From an uncultured Gemmatimonadales bacterium (GTDB lineage: Bacteria; Gemmatimonadota; Gemmatimonadetes; Palauibacterales; Palauibacteraceae), in the NCBI GenBank assembly GCA_963783385.1, contig CAWANJ010000006.1, forward strand, positions 160,001-224,000: DNA of 64,000 bases, read 5' to 3'. Made by a program: the position numbers and the translations under genes. The notes below the pieces were generated by a model. It worked only from the letters and a program-made list of their open reading frames with translations. It did not search any database and was not told where the DNA came from. Numbering within the stretch: position 1 is the first letter of the stretch; each line of letters opens with the position of its first letter. This document shows positions 42,014 through 52,363 of this stretch, piece by piece.

Positions 42014-43206
42014 CGACCGCAGAGCGAAGCGTCCGACTCCGCCGCTGGCTCCGCACCGTCGGCTTCCTGGTGCGGAAGGAGTTCCTCCAGGTGTTCCGCG
42101 ACCGGGTGATGCTGTTCGAGATGATCGCGATCCCGATCATCCAGCTCCTCATCCTCTCCAACGCGGCGACCTTCGAGGTGCACGACAGCCGGGTGCACGC
42201 GGTGGACGAGTCGCGGACGGCCGAGTCCCGCGCCCTCGTGCGGCGAATCGGGGCCTCACGGTACTTCACGGTGGTCTCCAGCGATCCCTCCATGGCCGCG
42301 GCGGAGCGGGACCTCGCCACGGGGCGCGCCTCGGTGATCGTGCGGATCCCCCGGCGGTTCACCGATCGCCTCGCCGCCGGCCGGGTCGCCCCCGTACAGC
42401 TCGTCCTCGACGGCGTGGACGGCGCCACGGTCGGGGTGGTGCGCTCCTACCTGGGAGCCATCGTCGAGGGTTACGGCGCCGAGCTGGAGACGCGGACGGG
42501 CTCCGGCCGGCTCTCCCGGTCCGCGTCGGCGGCCGGCGGCGCGACCGCCGCCGGCCCCGGAACACCGCTCGCGATCCGCAGCCGCGGGCTGTTCAACCCG
42601 ACGCTGGACTACAAGAACTTCATCGTCCCGGGGATCCTGGTGCTGCTGGTCACCCTGATCGGAACCCTGATCACCTCCATGAACATCGCGCGCGAGAAGG
42701 AGATCGGCACCCTCGAGCAGCTCAACGTCACGCCGCTCCGCAAGAGCGAGTTCGTGGCGGGCAAGCTGGTGCCCTTCTGGATCATCGCCCTGGCCGAGCT
42801 GTCGGTGGGCCTCGTCATCGCCCGCCTCGTGTTCGCGCTGCCGGTGCGAGGGAACCTGCTCCTCCTGTTCGCCGCGGCCGGCCTCTACATGGTCGTGGCG
42901 CTCGGCGTGGGGCTGTGGATCTCCACGGTCGTCCAGACGCAGCAGCAGGCCATGTTCCTCACCTTCTTCGTGATGATGCTGTACGTGTTCATGAGCGGCT
43001 TCATGACGCCGATCGCGAGCATGCCAGGCTGGGCCCGCGTCCTCACCGAGCTCAACCCGGTCAAGCACTTCCTCATCATCATGCGGGGGATCCTGCTGAA
43101 GGGAGCCGGCCTCGCCGACCTGTGGCGGCCGCTGGTCGTGCTCGCCGTGATGGGCGTGACCGTGCTCAGCCTGGCGCTCCGGCAGTACTCGAAGACGACC
43201 GGGTGA
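42010..43206 (+). CDS. ABC-2 permease (YbhR-like)
   Basis: KEFLQVFRD, REKEIGTLEQLNVTP. Confidence 0.9.
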   Translation: MTTAERSVRLRRWLRTVGFLVRKEFLQVFRDRVMLFEMIAIPIIQLLILSNAATFEVHDSRVHAVDESRTAESRALVRRIGASRYFTVVSSDPSMAAAERDLATGRASVIVRIPRRFTDRLAAGRVAPVQLVLDGVDGATVGVVRSYLGAIVEGYGAELETRTGSGRLSRSASAAGGATAAGPGTPLAIRSRGLFNPTLDYKNFIVPGILVLLVTLIGTLITSMNIAREKEIGTLEQLNVTPLRKSEFVAGKLVPFWIIALAELSVGLVIARLVFALPVRGNLLLLFAAAGLYMVVALGVGLWISTVVQTQQQAMFLTFFVMMLYVFMSGFMTPIASMPGWARVLTELNPVKHFLIIMRGILLKGAGLADLWRPLVVLAVMGVTVLSLALRQYSKTTG

Positions 43207-43397
43207 GGAGAGGTCTCTCCACATCGGCGGCCGGCGTCCGCGTCGCGCTGCGGTGCACGGGCGCGGTTCGCACCGACGCCATCCACGACCGTCCGCCGCC
43301 CTTGCCCGGGGCCCGGGATGTGCCTAAGCTCTGTGACGATATAGAGTTTCGTGCGCAGAACATTGGTCCGTCCGTTCCCCGTGTCCGAGAGGAACCC

Positions 43398-44366
43398 ATG
43401 ACGCGCCCGCGTGCCCGACGCCCGTTCACCCTGCTCTCCGTGGCCTCCCTCGTCCTCCCGCTGGCCGTGGCCGGGAACGCAGCCGCCTGCGGGCCGGCCG
43501 ACCGCGGGGCGGCCGGGGGCCAGGAAGCCTCCGCCGCGGCCTCCCCGGCCGACGGCGCCATCCAGGTGGTGGCCCGCGACTACGCCCTCGAGGCGCCCGA
43601 CTCGATCCCCTCGGGCTGGGTGACGTTCCGGTTCGAGAACCAGGGGAAGGAGACACACTTCTTCGTGCTGCACCACCTGCCCGAGGGCAAGACGATGCAG
43701 GACTACATCGCCGGCGCGGCCCCCCCGTTCGACAGCGCCATGAAGCTCCTCCAGGCCGGCGGCACGAAGGCGGACGCGGGGCAGGTGCTGGCCGAGGGGC
43801 TGCCGGCCTGGTTCGCGGACCTGCGCGAGATGGGCGGAGCGGGTCTCACGGCTCCCGGTTCCAGCGTGCGGTTCACCGAGAAGCTCCCGGCCGGCCACTA
43901 CCTGCTGGAGTGCTACGTCAAGAACGCGGAGGGCACGTTCCACTCGGGGCTCGGGATGCTGCGCGCCCTGACCGTGACCGACGCGTCGTCCGCGGGCGAG
44001 CCACCCAGCGCGGACCTGGACGTCACGCTCTCCGGCCAGGGCATCGAGGTCCGGGGCACGCCCACGGCGGGCGCGCACGTGGTCGCGGTCCACTACGGCG
44101 AGCAGCCAGCTGGCCTGGTGGGTTACGACCTCCACCTGGCGCGCCTGGAGGAAGGCCAGACCGTGGAGAAGCTGGTGCCCTGGATGGACTGGATGAACGT
44201 CGGCGGGATGAAGGTCCCGGCACCGGCCACCTTCCTGGGCGGCGTGCAGGAGATGCCGGCGGGGAACACGGCCTACGTGCACGTGACCCTGACGCCGGGC
44301 CGCTACGCCTGGATCTCGGAGCTGGGGGCCGACCAGGGGCTGGTGAAGCCGTTCACGGTGGAGTGA
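43398..44366 (+). CDS. Lipoprotein with tandem cupredoxin-like domains
   Basis: Lipobox AAAC; ENQGKETH...YLLECYVKNAEGTFHSGLGM (H, C, H, M type-1 Cu ligand pattern). Confidence 0.6.
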   Translation: MTRPRARRPFTLLSVASLVLPLAVAGNAAACGPADRGAAGGQEASAAASPADGAIQVVARDYALEAPDSIPSGWVTFRFENQGKETHFFVLHHLPEGKTMQDYIAGAAPPFDSAMKLLQAGGTKADAGQVLAEGLPAWFADLREMGGAGLTAPGSSVRFTEKLPAGHYLLECYVKNAEGTFHSGLGMLRALTVTDASSAGEPPSADLDVTLSGQGIEVRGTPTAGAHVVAVHYGEQPAGLVGYDLHLARLEEGQTVEKLVPWMDWMNVGGMKVPAPATFLGGVQEMPAGNTAYVHVTLTPGRYAWISELGADQGLVKPFTVE

Positions 44367-44417
44367 CGTGACGGGCGGCGGCGCGGTCCCCGAGGCTCCT
44401 CCGGGACCGCGCCCGCC

Positions 44418-45560
44418 CTACAGGTCCAGGTAGCCGTTCGGGGCCAGAGAGGTCGCCAGCATCACGGCGTTGATGTCCCGGTGGCCGGTCCAGGTCTCGG
44501 CCTCGCGGTGGCGGGCGTCGACCCAGAAGGACTCGATCTCGCCACGGAGCGGCACGTGCCGGACCAGGGACTCGAGCACCGGCCCCGCAAGCCGGATGGA
44601 GCCCGCCTTCACGTCCCGTGCGATGCGGGACACGGCGGCCAGCCCGATCGACAGCCCCAGCTCCCGGAAGGGCAGGCGGGTCCACGCGCCCGCCCGCAGG
44701 GTCCTCGACCGTCCGAACGCGTCCAGGCTCCAGCGTGCCTGGTCCAGCACGGAGGCCAGGAGGGCTCGCTCGCGCCGCCGGCCCGCCTCGGAGAGCTGGA
44801 CCAGACGCCAGGCGTCCGTCAGGAGACCGCCGATCCCGAGGGCGTCCGCGGTGGCCCACGCGCCGTCCCGGCACAGCTCCTCCAGCTCGGACACCTCCCG
44901 CAGGAGGACCGGTCGTCCTTCGGGTGCCATCACCTGGAGCGCGCTCAGGGTGACGAACCCGTCCAGCGCATCGTGCTGGCCCGCGGACGTGACGATCGGC
45001 CGGGAGAGGTCGACGCTCATCTTCCAGTGAATGTGGGACGGAGCGCCCTCGCCCGGCGCATGGACGAAGGCGCGGAAGGCGACCTCCGCCAGCTCCACCG
45101 CCCACGCGTGGAAGCGGGGCTCGCCGGTGACCCGCCACAGGCGGCCCAGCGCCCACATCCACCGGGTCAGGTAGTGGAAGTACTGGCCGTCCCGGTCCCA
45201 TTCGGCCTCGGCGTCGTAGGGCTCGTAGGGGCCGCGCTCGGGGTGCCGCTTGCCGATGCGGAGGCCACCCGCCGTCGGGCGCTGCTCCGCCTCGTCTCCC
45301 TCCAGGCCGCTGATCCATCCCTGGCGGCGACCGTCCGGCCGGTGCCGACCGAGGACGTGGTGGACCTGGTCCACCAGCCGGACGGCCAGCCCGAGCAGGC
45401 GGTCGTCGCCGGTGGCCTCGGCCAATCCCAGGTAGTTGCACACCGCGAACGCGTCCGTCCACAGGTAGCGACGGGGCTCCCCCTCGGGCTCGAGCCCGGT
45501 GGAGCGCGCGAACCACTCCATGATCCGCCTCGCCCCGGAGAGTCGGTCGGACTGGCTCAT
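44418..45560 (-). CDS. Conserved hypothetical protein (possible six-hairpin helical fold)
   Basis: RRYLWTDAFAVCN, GGLRIGK, DRDGQYFHYLTRWM, WKMSVDLSRP, HRDINAVMLAT. Confidence 0.7.
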   Translation of the reverse strand: MSQSDRLSGARRIMEWFARSTGLEPEGEPRRYLWTDAFAVCNYLGLAEATGDDRLLGLAVRLVDQVHHVLGRHRPDGRRQGWISGLEGDEAEQRPTAGGLRIGKRHPERGPYEPYDAEAEWDRDGQYFHYLTRWMWALGRLWRVTGEPRFHAWAVELAEVAFRAFVHAPGEGAPSHIHWKMSVDLSRPIVTSAGQHDALDGFVTLSALQVMAPEGRPVLLREVSELEELCRDGAWATADALGIGGLLTDAWRLVQLSEAGRRRERALLASVLDQARWSLDAFGRSRTLRAGAWTRLPFRELGLSIGLAAVSRIARDVKAGSIRLAGPVLESLVRHVPLRGEIESFWVDARHREAETWTGHRDINAVMLATSLAPNGYLDL

Positions 45561-45665
45561 GTCACCTCCCGCTGGTCCGGCGCCGCGCCGGCTGGACCGG
45601 CAGCCTGCACCGGAAAATACGGGCCGGAGGCTGATGGCGGGCGGGTGCCGTCCCGGCGCCGGCTC

Positions 45666-46394
45666 TCAGTCGGTCGAGCCGAGCAGCGCCTCCAGCAACG
45701 CCCGAGCGGCCCGGAGCTCGTCGCGGTTGATGGTGTGGCCGAGACCCGGGTAGACCCGCAGGTCGACCTCCGCCCCACGTTCCCGGAGGACCCGGGCGGA
45801 CTCCTCCAGGCGCTCTCGCGGAATGTGCGGGTCGGGGTCCCCGCAGCCCAGGAACAGGGGCGTGCCCTCCAGGTCCCCCCGAAATCCCAGCGCGTGCTCG
45901 GCGGCCCGATGAGGCCCGCGGACAGCCCGACGATCGCCCCGTAGCGGCGGGCGTTCCGCACCGCGTACTCGAGCGCGAGGCAGCCCCCCTGCGAGAAACC
46001 CAGGAGAAGCTGGCGCTCGGCCGGCACGCCGCGGTCCTCCAGCTCGGCCACCACCGCCCCGAGGAGAGCCAGCGCGGAGGAGAGGTGGGGCTCGTTGGCC
46101 TCGAGGGGAGCGATGAAGGACAGGGGGTACCAGGTCGATCCGGCCGCCTCCGGAGCCGCGAACGTCACCCCCGGCGCGTCCAGCTCGCGGCGCAGACCCA
46201 GCATGTCCTCGGCCCGGCCGCCGCGGCCGTGACACAGCACGACGGCCGCCGCCGCCGCGGGTGACTCTCCGGCCAGGAGGACCCGGGGCGGCGCGTGCGG
46301 TCCCTCGAGGCTGTGATGGATCTTCAGGAGGTCGTGTCCGTCGACGGCCAGCGCAGTCTCCGGGTCAAGGAAATCGAGGCCGGCTCTCAGCCAT
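45666..46394 (-). CDS. Phospholipase/carboxylesterase (MhqD-like; frameshifted, start approximate)
   Basis: HGRGG, GFSQG, DPHIP, YPGLGHTI. Confidence 0.82.
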
Positions 46395-46473
46395 GGAAGA
46401 AACGGACCACGGGAGCCCCGTCATCTCCCGCGGAGCGGCGCCTCCAGCCGCACCCCGGACCGGTAGGAGGCGG

Positions 46474-47541
46474 CTACCAGCGCAGGGTGCCCCCGAACCC
46501 GACCGTCAGATAGCCGAGCGGGTGATCGGTGCCCCCCGACCGGCTGAGGTTCGAGTCCCAGCGCGCCTCCGCGCGAACGCCCACGGCGGACCGACGCGGC
46601 TGCCAGCGCAGGCCGCCCCCCACGGAGTAGCCCAGGAGATCGAGCGAAGTCCCGAAATAGTCGGAGCGCCACGCGTAGAGGCCGAGACCTCCGACCGCGT
46701 AGGGGCGTAGATCCGCGTGCAGGGGATCGAGCTGCGCCGCCCCACCCACGTGCCAGACGCTCTCCCCGACCGGCACCTGCTCCGGGCAGAACGTGACGGT
46801 GTCGGGGACGGCCCCCGACGGGCTCCTGACGGGAGGCTGACATCGGACGAAGCCCTGGCGAAGGTTCGTCCCGAGGCCGTGCCAACCCACGTCGGGACCC
46901 ACGGCGACGGGGCCGAACGTGGCCATGTACGAGAGGTCGCCGCCGAGCCCCGAACCGCCGGCCCGACTTCCGAGCCGGGACCACGCACCGGTGGCAGCAA
47001 GCTCCCCGATCCGGGCCGGGGCGGCGGCGCCCGGCTCCACCCACCGGGGGATCGTCGAGCCCACCACGGCGCCGAGGGCCGCTCCTCCCCCTCCCCCGGC
47101 CAGGAGACCGAGCCCGGCGCCGACCAGGACATCGGTGCCCGTGCTCGCGCAGCTGTCGGTCTCGCACAGGGCCGCGACCACCAGGCCAATGAGGCCTCCG
47201 CCGATCGTCCCCCCGATCCCGCCCGCGATGAGCCCGACCTTGAGCCCCGTTCCCGTGGAGCGGCCGCGGGCGGAGAGGTGGTTGACGGCATCGAGCGGCA
47301 CGGCCGCCGCCCGGCCCTCGAGCCGGAGCCCGGCGCCGTCCACGCCAGTGAGCCGCCCCGTGAGGACGTTTCCGGTACGCAGCCCCAGCCGTACCGGCGT
47401 GCGCGGCGCGAGGCGGGCCGCGGCGGCCCGGAGCGAGTCGGCGCGAGGCCTGGCCTGGGCCGTGACGACCGAGCCCGGGAGTGCGCACAGCACGGCGAAG
47501 AAAGCTGCGCACCCGAGCCCACCGTTGCAGCGTCGACCCAT
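46474..47541 (-). CDS. Secreted protein with a Gly-rich segment and a C-terminal beta-barrel-like domain
   Basis: Signal peptide, glycine-zipper GxxxG repeats, PYAVGGLG, terminal LRW. Confidence 0.6.
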   Translation of the reverse strand: MGRRCNGGLGCAAFFAVLCALPGSVVTAQARPRADSLRAAAARLAPRTPVRLGLRTGNVLTGRLTGVDGAGLRLEGRAAAVPLDAVNHLSARGRSTGTGLKVGLIAGGIGGTIGGGLIGLVVAALCETDSCASTGTDVLVGAGLGLLAGGGGGAALGAVVGSTIPRWVEPGAAAPARIGELAATGAWSRLGSRAGGSGLGGDLSYMATFGPVAVGPDVGWHGLGTNLRQGFVRCQPPVRSPSGAVPDTVTFCPEQVPVGESVWHVGGAAQLDPLHADLRPYAVGGLGLYAWRSDYFGTSLDLLGYSVGGGLRWQPRRSAVGVRAEARWDSNLSRSGGTDHPLGYLTVGFGGTLRW

Positions 47542-47590
47542 CCGGTCCCCCTCCTGGCGCGTCAGCTGCCCGATCTTCCTCTCGGCACCC

Positions 47591-47839
47591 TCACGGCCTC
47601 CCGATCCCCGAGGTCCCGGCCGAAGCGGGTGCCTGCTCGCGAGCCACCAGGAGGCGCCCGGCGACTCCGGCCAGGAAGGGGAAGGGCAGGTACCGCATCA
47701 GGAACAGGATCGCCCGGCGCGGAGTTCCCCGGGTCGCCAGGGCCGCGGACCCCAGCCACAGGACCGCCGACACGAGCTGTCCGGCGAACCCGCCCGGAAA
47801 GGTGCGCCGAACGTCACGCTGGGCCTCGGCGATGTCCAT
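47591..47839 (-). pseudogene. Remnant of a membrane-protein gene, probably internally deleted
   Basis: Strong AGGGAGGA RBS; MDIAEAQRDVRRTF.GGFAGQLVSAVLW then an abrupt jump to YLPFPFL. Confidence 0.35.
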
Positions 47840-48000
47840 GCGATCCTCCCTCGCTGTGGTACCGGTCAGTGGAGCGTCCCCTCGTAGGAGAGCTCGCCAA
47901 CGTGTCCTGTGGACCCGGGCACGGCACCCGCATGGCTACTGGCGGAACTTTTTCCGACCCCCTAGAGTGGCTGTCACCCCCCGAAGAAGGCACGGTCCGC

Positions 48001-49998
48001 ATGCCCAACGCCCGTCACACGTTCGTGATCCTCGCGGCTCTCTGCGTCTGGTCGAGCCTCCCCCTCTCCGTGCATGCCCAATCCACGTACACGCCCCGGC
48101 AGGCCACGGCGGGGCGGCGCGTGTACGGGGCCTACTGCGCCAACTGCCACGGGGCCGAGCTCGAGGGAGCCGTGGGCCCCGCGCTCGCGGGAGCTCGCTT
48201 CCTCCACGATTGGAGCGACAAGGGCGCCCGGCATCTGTTCGAGGTGCTGCGCACGACCATGCCCAAGCCGGCGTCCGGGTCGCTCTCCGACTCGGCCTAC
48301 GTCGACGTGTTCGCCTACGTGCTGTCGCGCAACGGCGTGCCGGCCAGCGCCGAGCCGCTCGACGGCTCGGAAGCCCGCCTCGACTCCATCGACCTGACGG
48401 CGCTGGCCTCCGCCGCGGGCCCGGCCCCGACACCTCCGCCGGCGTTCATCGCCGGGAAGCGGGCCCGCCCCAGGGCACGGGACCGAGCCAGGAGGAGCTC
48501 GCTCACCCGGACAGCGGCGACTGGCTGTATCACACGGGGAGCATACGCCGGGACCCGGTACTCGCCGCTCTCCCAGATCTCGACGTCCAACGTGAGCCGG
48601 CTGGGCGTCGTGTGCGCCTACCAGATGGGGGTCCCGGAGACCTTCTACGCCGGCCCCATCGAGTACCACGGGGTCCTGTATCTCTCGACGTCCAGCGTGA
48701 CCGTGGCGCTCGACGCAGCCACCTGCCGGGAGCGCTGGCGCCACGTGTGGCAGCCCCGGGACAAGGCTCTGTGGCAGAACAACCGTGGCGTGGCCATCGA
48801 GAACGGCTACGTCGTCCTGCGGAACGGCCGACGGGTATCTCGTGGCCCTGGACGCCGCCGACGGCGAGCTGCTGTGGGCCCGGCAGGTGGCCCACCCCGA
48901 CAGCGGCGAGACCATCACCATGCCGCCCCTGATCTACGGGGACCTCGTCCTCATCGGGCCGGCGGGAAGCGAGAACAACGTGCAGGGCTGGATCGGCGCG
49001 TTCCGCCTGGAGGACGGGACGCCCGTGTGGCGCTTCAACACGGTCCCGCGGGCGGGCGAGCCCGGAGCCGAGACCTGGAAGAGGATGCCGGGTATCGCCG
49101 CGGGGGGCGGGGCCGTGTGGACGCCGCTGTCGCTCGACCCGGCTCGTGGCATCGTGTACGTGCCGGTGACCAACCCGGCCCCGGACCTCGCAGAGCGCCT
49201 CCGCCCGGGGGCGCAACCTGTACACCAACTCCCTCGTGGCGCTCGACGTCCATTCCGGCAAGCTGCTCTGGTACGAGCAGCTGGTCCCGAGCGATTTCCA
49301 CGACTGGGACCTCACCCAGGTGAGCCCGCTGATCCGCGCCGAAGGTCGGAGGCTCCGAGCGCGACCTGGTGTTCGCGAGCGGCAAGGATGGTCTCCTGCG
49401 CGCCGTTGACCGCACGACCCACGAGCGTCTGTGGGAGACGCCGGTCACCACGCGGCGCAACGTGGACGCCCCCCTGACCCCGGAGGGAACGGTCGCGTGT
49501 CCCGGAATACTGGGCGGGGTGGAGTGGAACGGACCGTCCTACGATCCCGGGACCGGCCTCCTGTTCGTGCCAGCGGTGGATTGGTGCTGGAAGTTCGCCA
49601 CCCTTCCCGAGGACTCGGTCCGCGTCGTGCCGGGCGAGATGTACCTGGGTGGAACCGCCACACCCACGCCCGACGCGACGGGGTGGCTCACCGCGGTCAA
49701 CGTCCATGATGGAAGCGTGCGCTGGCGCTACCATTCGTCGATGCCGATGGTCGCCGCCGTGACCACGACCGGGGGCGGGCTGGTGCTCACCGGGGAGCAG
49801 ACGGGCGACTTCCTGGCCTTCGACGCCGCCACGGGCAAGGAGCTGTACCGGTTCTACGCGGGCGGCGGGCTGTTCGGCGGCATTGTGACCTACGAAACCG
49901 GGGGGAGGCAGTACATCGCCGCGACCACCGGGGGCGGCTCGTTGACCTTCGGCTCCAGCGGCTCGGCGACGCTGTTCATCTTCGCCCTGCCTCAATGA
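48001..49998 (+). CDS. Cytochrome c-fused PQQ-dependent dehydrogenase (frameshifted)
   Basis: CANCH heme motif; TRYSPLSQI, NRGVA, GGGAVWTP, DFHDWD, GGVEWNG, Trp-docking blades. Confidence 0.85.
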
Positions 49999-50069
49999 CC
50001 CCGGCTGGACTCGAACCAGCGGCCTCGGGATTAGGAATCCCGCGCTCTATCCACCTGAGCTACGGGGTC
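49996..50069 (-). tRNA. tRNA-Arg (anticodon CCT)
   Basis: GACCCCG TAGCTCAGGTGGATAGAGC G CGGGA TTCCTAA TCCCG AGGCC GCTGG TTCGAGT CCAGC CGGGGTC A cloverleaf; no encoded CCA. Confidence 0.95.
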
Positions 50070-50194
50070 GGGGGTCGGCGAGGAAGGTAATACGTCCGCC
50101 GCCCCCGCGCGTGCCACGCCGGGCCGCGCTTCCCGACTCGCGCCGGCCGGTCGGCGGCGCGGCGACGTCCGGGGTCCAGGGGGCCGCACCCCCG

Positions 50195-50668
50195 CTACAG
50201 CTGCACCGTCGCCGCCCGCTTCAGCAGCGAGACCTGGCCCAGGTGATAGAGGGTGTGCTGCACGACACCGTGCAGCATGTAGCCGATGGTGTACGTCTGC
50301 CCGGGCGCGGTGCGGTCCAGGTCTTCCGGCTCGAGCGCCGAGGCGGCCTGCTGCAGGGCGGCGTGCACGCGCTCCAGCTCGGCCACCGTCTCCTCCCAGG
50401 CCGCCTCGTCCGAGGCGCCCACCGGAGGCCAGTCCTGCTCGGCCGTGGTCACCCAGGCCGCATCGCCCTGCGCCCGGCGCCGGACCGCGTCCTCCCATAC
50501 GGTGACGTGCAGGAGGATCTCCCAGATGGAATGCCGGCCCGGGATGGGCCGCGCCGAGGCGACCCTCGCGTCCACGCCCTCCAGGATCTCTCGCACGGGC
50601 GGCCCGAGCCAAAGGGGCCCCTCGAAGCTGCCGCGCAGTTCCTCCAGGATACGGCTCTTCTCATCCAT
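50195..50668 (-). CDS. DinB family protein
   Basis: HSIWEILLHVTVW and VVQHTLYHLGQV His triad. Confidence 0.85.
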   Translation of the reverse strand: MDEKSRILEELRGSFEGPLWLGPPVREILEGVDARVASARPIPGRHSIWEILLHVTVWEDAVRRRAQGDAAWVTTAEQDWPPVGASDEAAWEETVAELERVHAALQQAASALEPEDLDRTAPGQTYTIGYMLHGVVQHTLYHLGQVSLLKRAATVQL

Positions 50669-50899
50669 GCCGGCCTCCCATCCCGGGCTGGGGCGCACCT
50701 GGCGCCGGAGACCCCCACGCTAGGGCGGGGTGAGGTTCCCGGGAAGGGCAGGGGCGGGTGACGTGGGCAGGCCATGGGCGGGACTCCGGCGCGCATCCAC
50801 GGGGCGCGCGAGGCGACGCGGTGCCCCGCGTCGCGGCGTCTCCGCGGGGACGCGCGTTGGCGCGAACCGTCCAGGAGAAGACGGATTCGCGCCACTGAA

Positions 50900-51711
50900 C
50901 CGATCAGCCCGAGCTGTCGCTCGACGCGGAGCCGGTGGCACCACGCCGACCCGGCACCGACCGCCCCACCCACGATCGCCTCGGGCTTCACGGCGACGAT
51001 GAAGGCGCCGCGCTCCGGGTCGGGCCGACCGCTGCCGAGCACCACGGTCTTGCCGATCGGCACGGTGAGCGAGGTGGCGAGGATCTGTCCGAAGGCATGC
51101 GACTCCAGGTCGACGCGCAGGTCCGCCTCGCCCCCGCCCCCGACCCTGCGCACCCGGTCGAGCCACACGTTGAGCGAGATGGAGCGCCCGTCCACGAGGA
51201 GCTTCGCCGACGACATGCCCCCACTGGCGGCGGTCACCTCCGCCTGGTCGAGCAGACGATAGCCCTGGTAGCGGAACAGCCCGCGCAGCAGCGAGTCCAG
51301 GGAGGCGATGCGGGGATCGGGCTTCCCGGCCCCGTCGGCCTCGATGAGCTGGAAGCGGAGCCTCAGGTTGGGAACGGGGCGGTCGTACCGGCTCAGCACG
51401 CTGTCGATGCGGGCCACGTTCTCGGGCGTCTCGCGGATGGTGAGGCCGTCCCGGAAGGTGCTGATCGAGCCCGGCGCGTCCTTCCGCCCGGCGTACACGT
51501 ACGGCTCCACGATCTTCGCCGCTTCGTCGGGGCGCAGGTACTGGAGGCGGAAGGTCCGGGTCTCCAGGGAGGGCGCGCGGTCCTGGCAGCCCGCCGCCGC
51601 GCCGCCGGCCACTAGCGCCAGCACGAGCGCCGGCAGAAGCCCCGCCCGCAGCCGCCCAGGCGTCGCCCGCGGCCGACGAACACTCATCCGACCACTCACT
51701 CGCCTGTCCAT
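50900..51711 (-). CDS. Lipoprotein with a secretin-N (NolW)-like domain (3' end uncertain)
   Basis: AAGC lipobox; TRTFRLQYLRPDEA..LTIRETPENVARIDSVLSRYDRP; TSLTVPIGKTVVLG. Confidence 0.6.
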
Positions 51712-51715
51712 GACC

Positions 51716-52363
51716 TCAACCTCCCTTGGGAGTAGGAAAGAACCACACGACGGCGACCGAGGGGTCGCGCGTCTGGAACACGGCCACCCGAGCGTCCGCC
51801 GGCACCCGCACCCGGAGCTCGGGCCCGGCCCGGCCCCGGGCGGCTGCCGGCCCCGGAAGTCCCGCGGCGGGCGCCGTTCGGCCTCCGGTGTCGGCCACCG
51901 GTCCTCGTGCGGCCCGGCCCGGGCGGCCTCCGCCGGATCCGGTCCCGCCGCCCCGCGGCCACGCCAGGACCAGCACGGCCAGCGCCGCCGCCACGGCCAC
52001 AGGAGCGGTGAGCCTCCACAGCCGCTGCCAGCGCGCGTCTCCGGAGACGCCGGCCGCCAGGCCGCGCGGAACGCGCGCGCCATCCTCCGGGCCGCGCGCG
52101 CCACCACCGCGCTCGGCGGGGGCGCGTGCGCTCGCGGGCCGTTCCATTTCCGCCCCTTCCCGGCTCCGCCCGGCCTCCGCCATCGGCCCGGCGAGCGCCG
52201 CCAGGGCATCGTCCAGCGCGCGGAGCTCGGCGACCAGCGTCGCGGCTCGCCGCCGGCAATCCGGACAGGCCCGCAGGTGCGCCGCCAGGGCGGAGTCTCC
52301 GCGGCCCTCCAGCGCGTCCGGGTCGCACTCCAGCATCGCCTCGCGGGCGGCTTCACACTCCAC
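51716..52363 (-). CDS. Zinc-finger (zf-HC2) anti-sigma factor
   Basis: MECEA..HLRACPDC, a single TM helix, directly downstream of the ECF sigma. Confidence 0.8.
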   Translation of the reverse strand: MECEAAREAMLECDPDALEGRGDSALAAHLRACPDCRRRAATLVAELRALDDALAALAGPMAEAGRSREGAEMERPASARAPAERGGGARGPEDGARVPRGLAAGVSGDARWQRLWRLTAPVAVAAALAVLVLAWPRGGGTGSGGGRPGRAARGPVADTGGRTAPAAGLPGPAAARGRAGPELRVRVPADARVAVFQTRDPSVAVVWFFPTPKGG

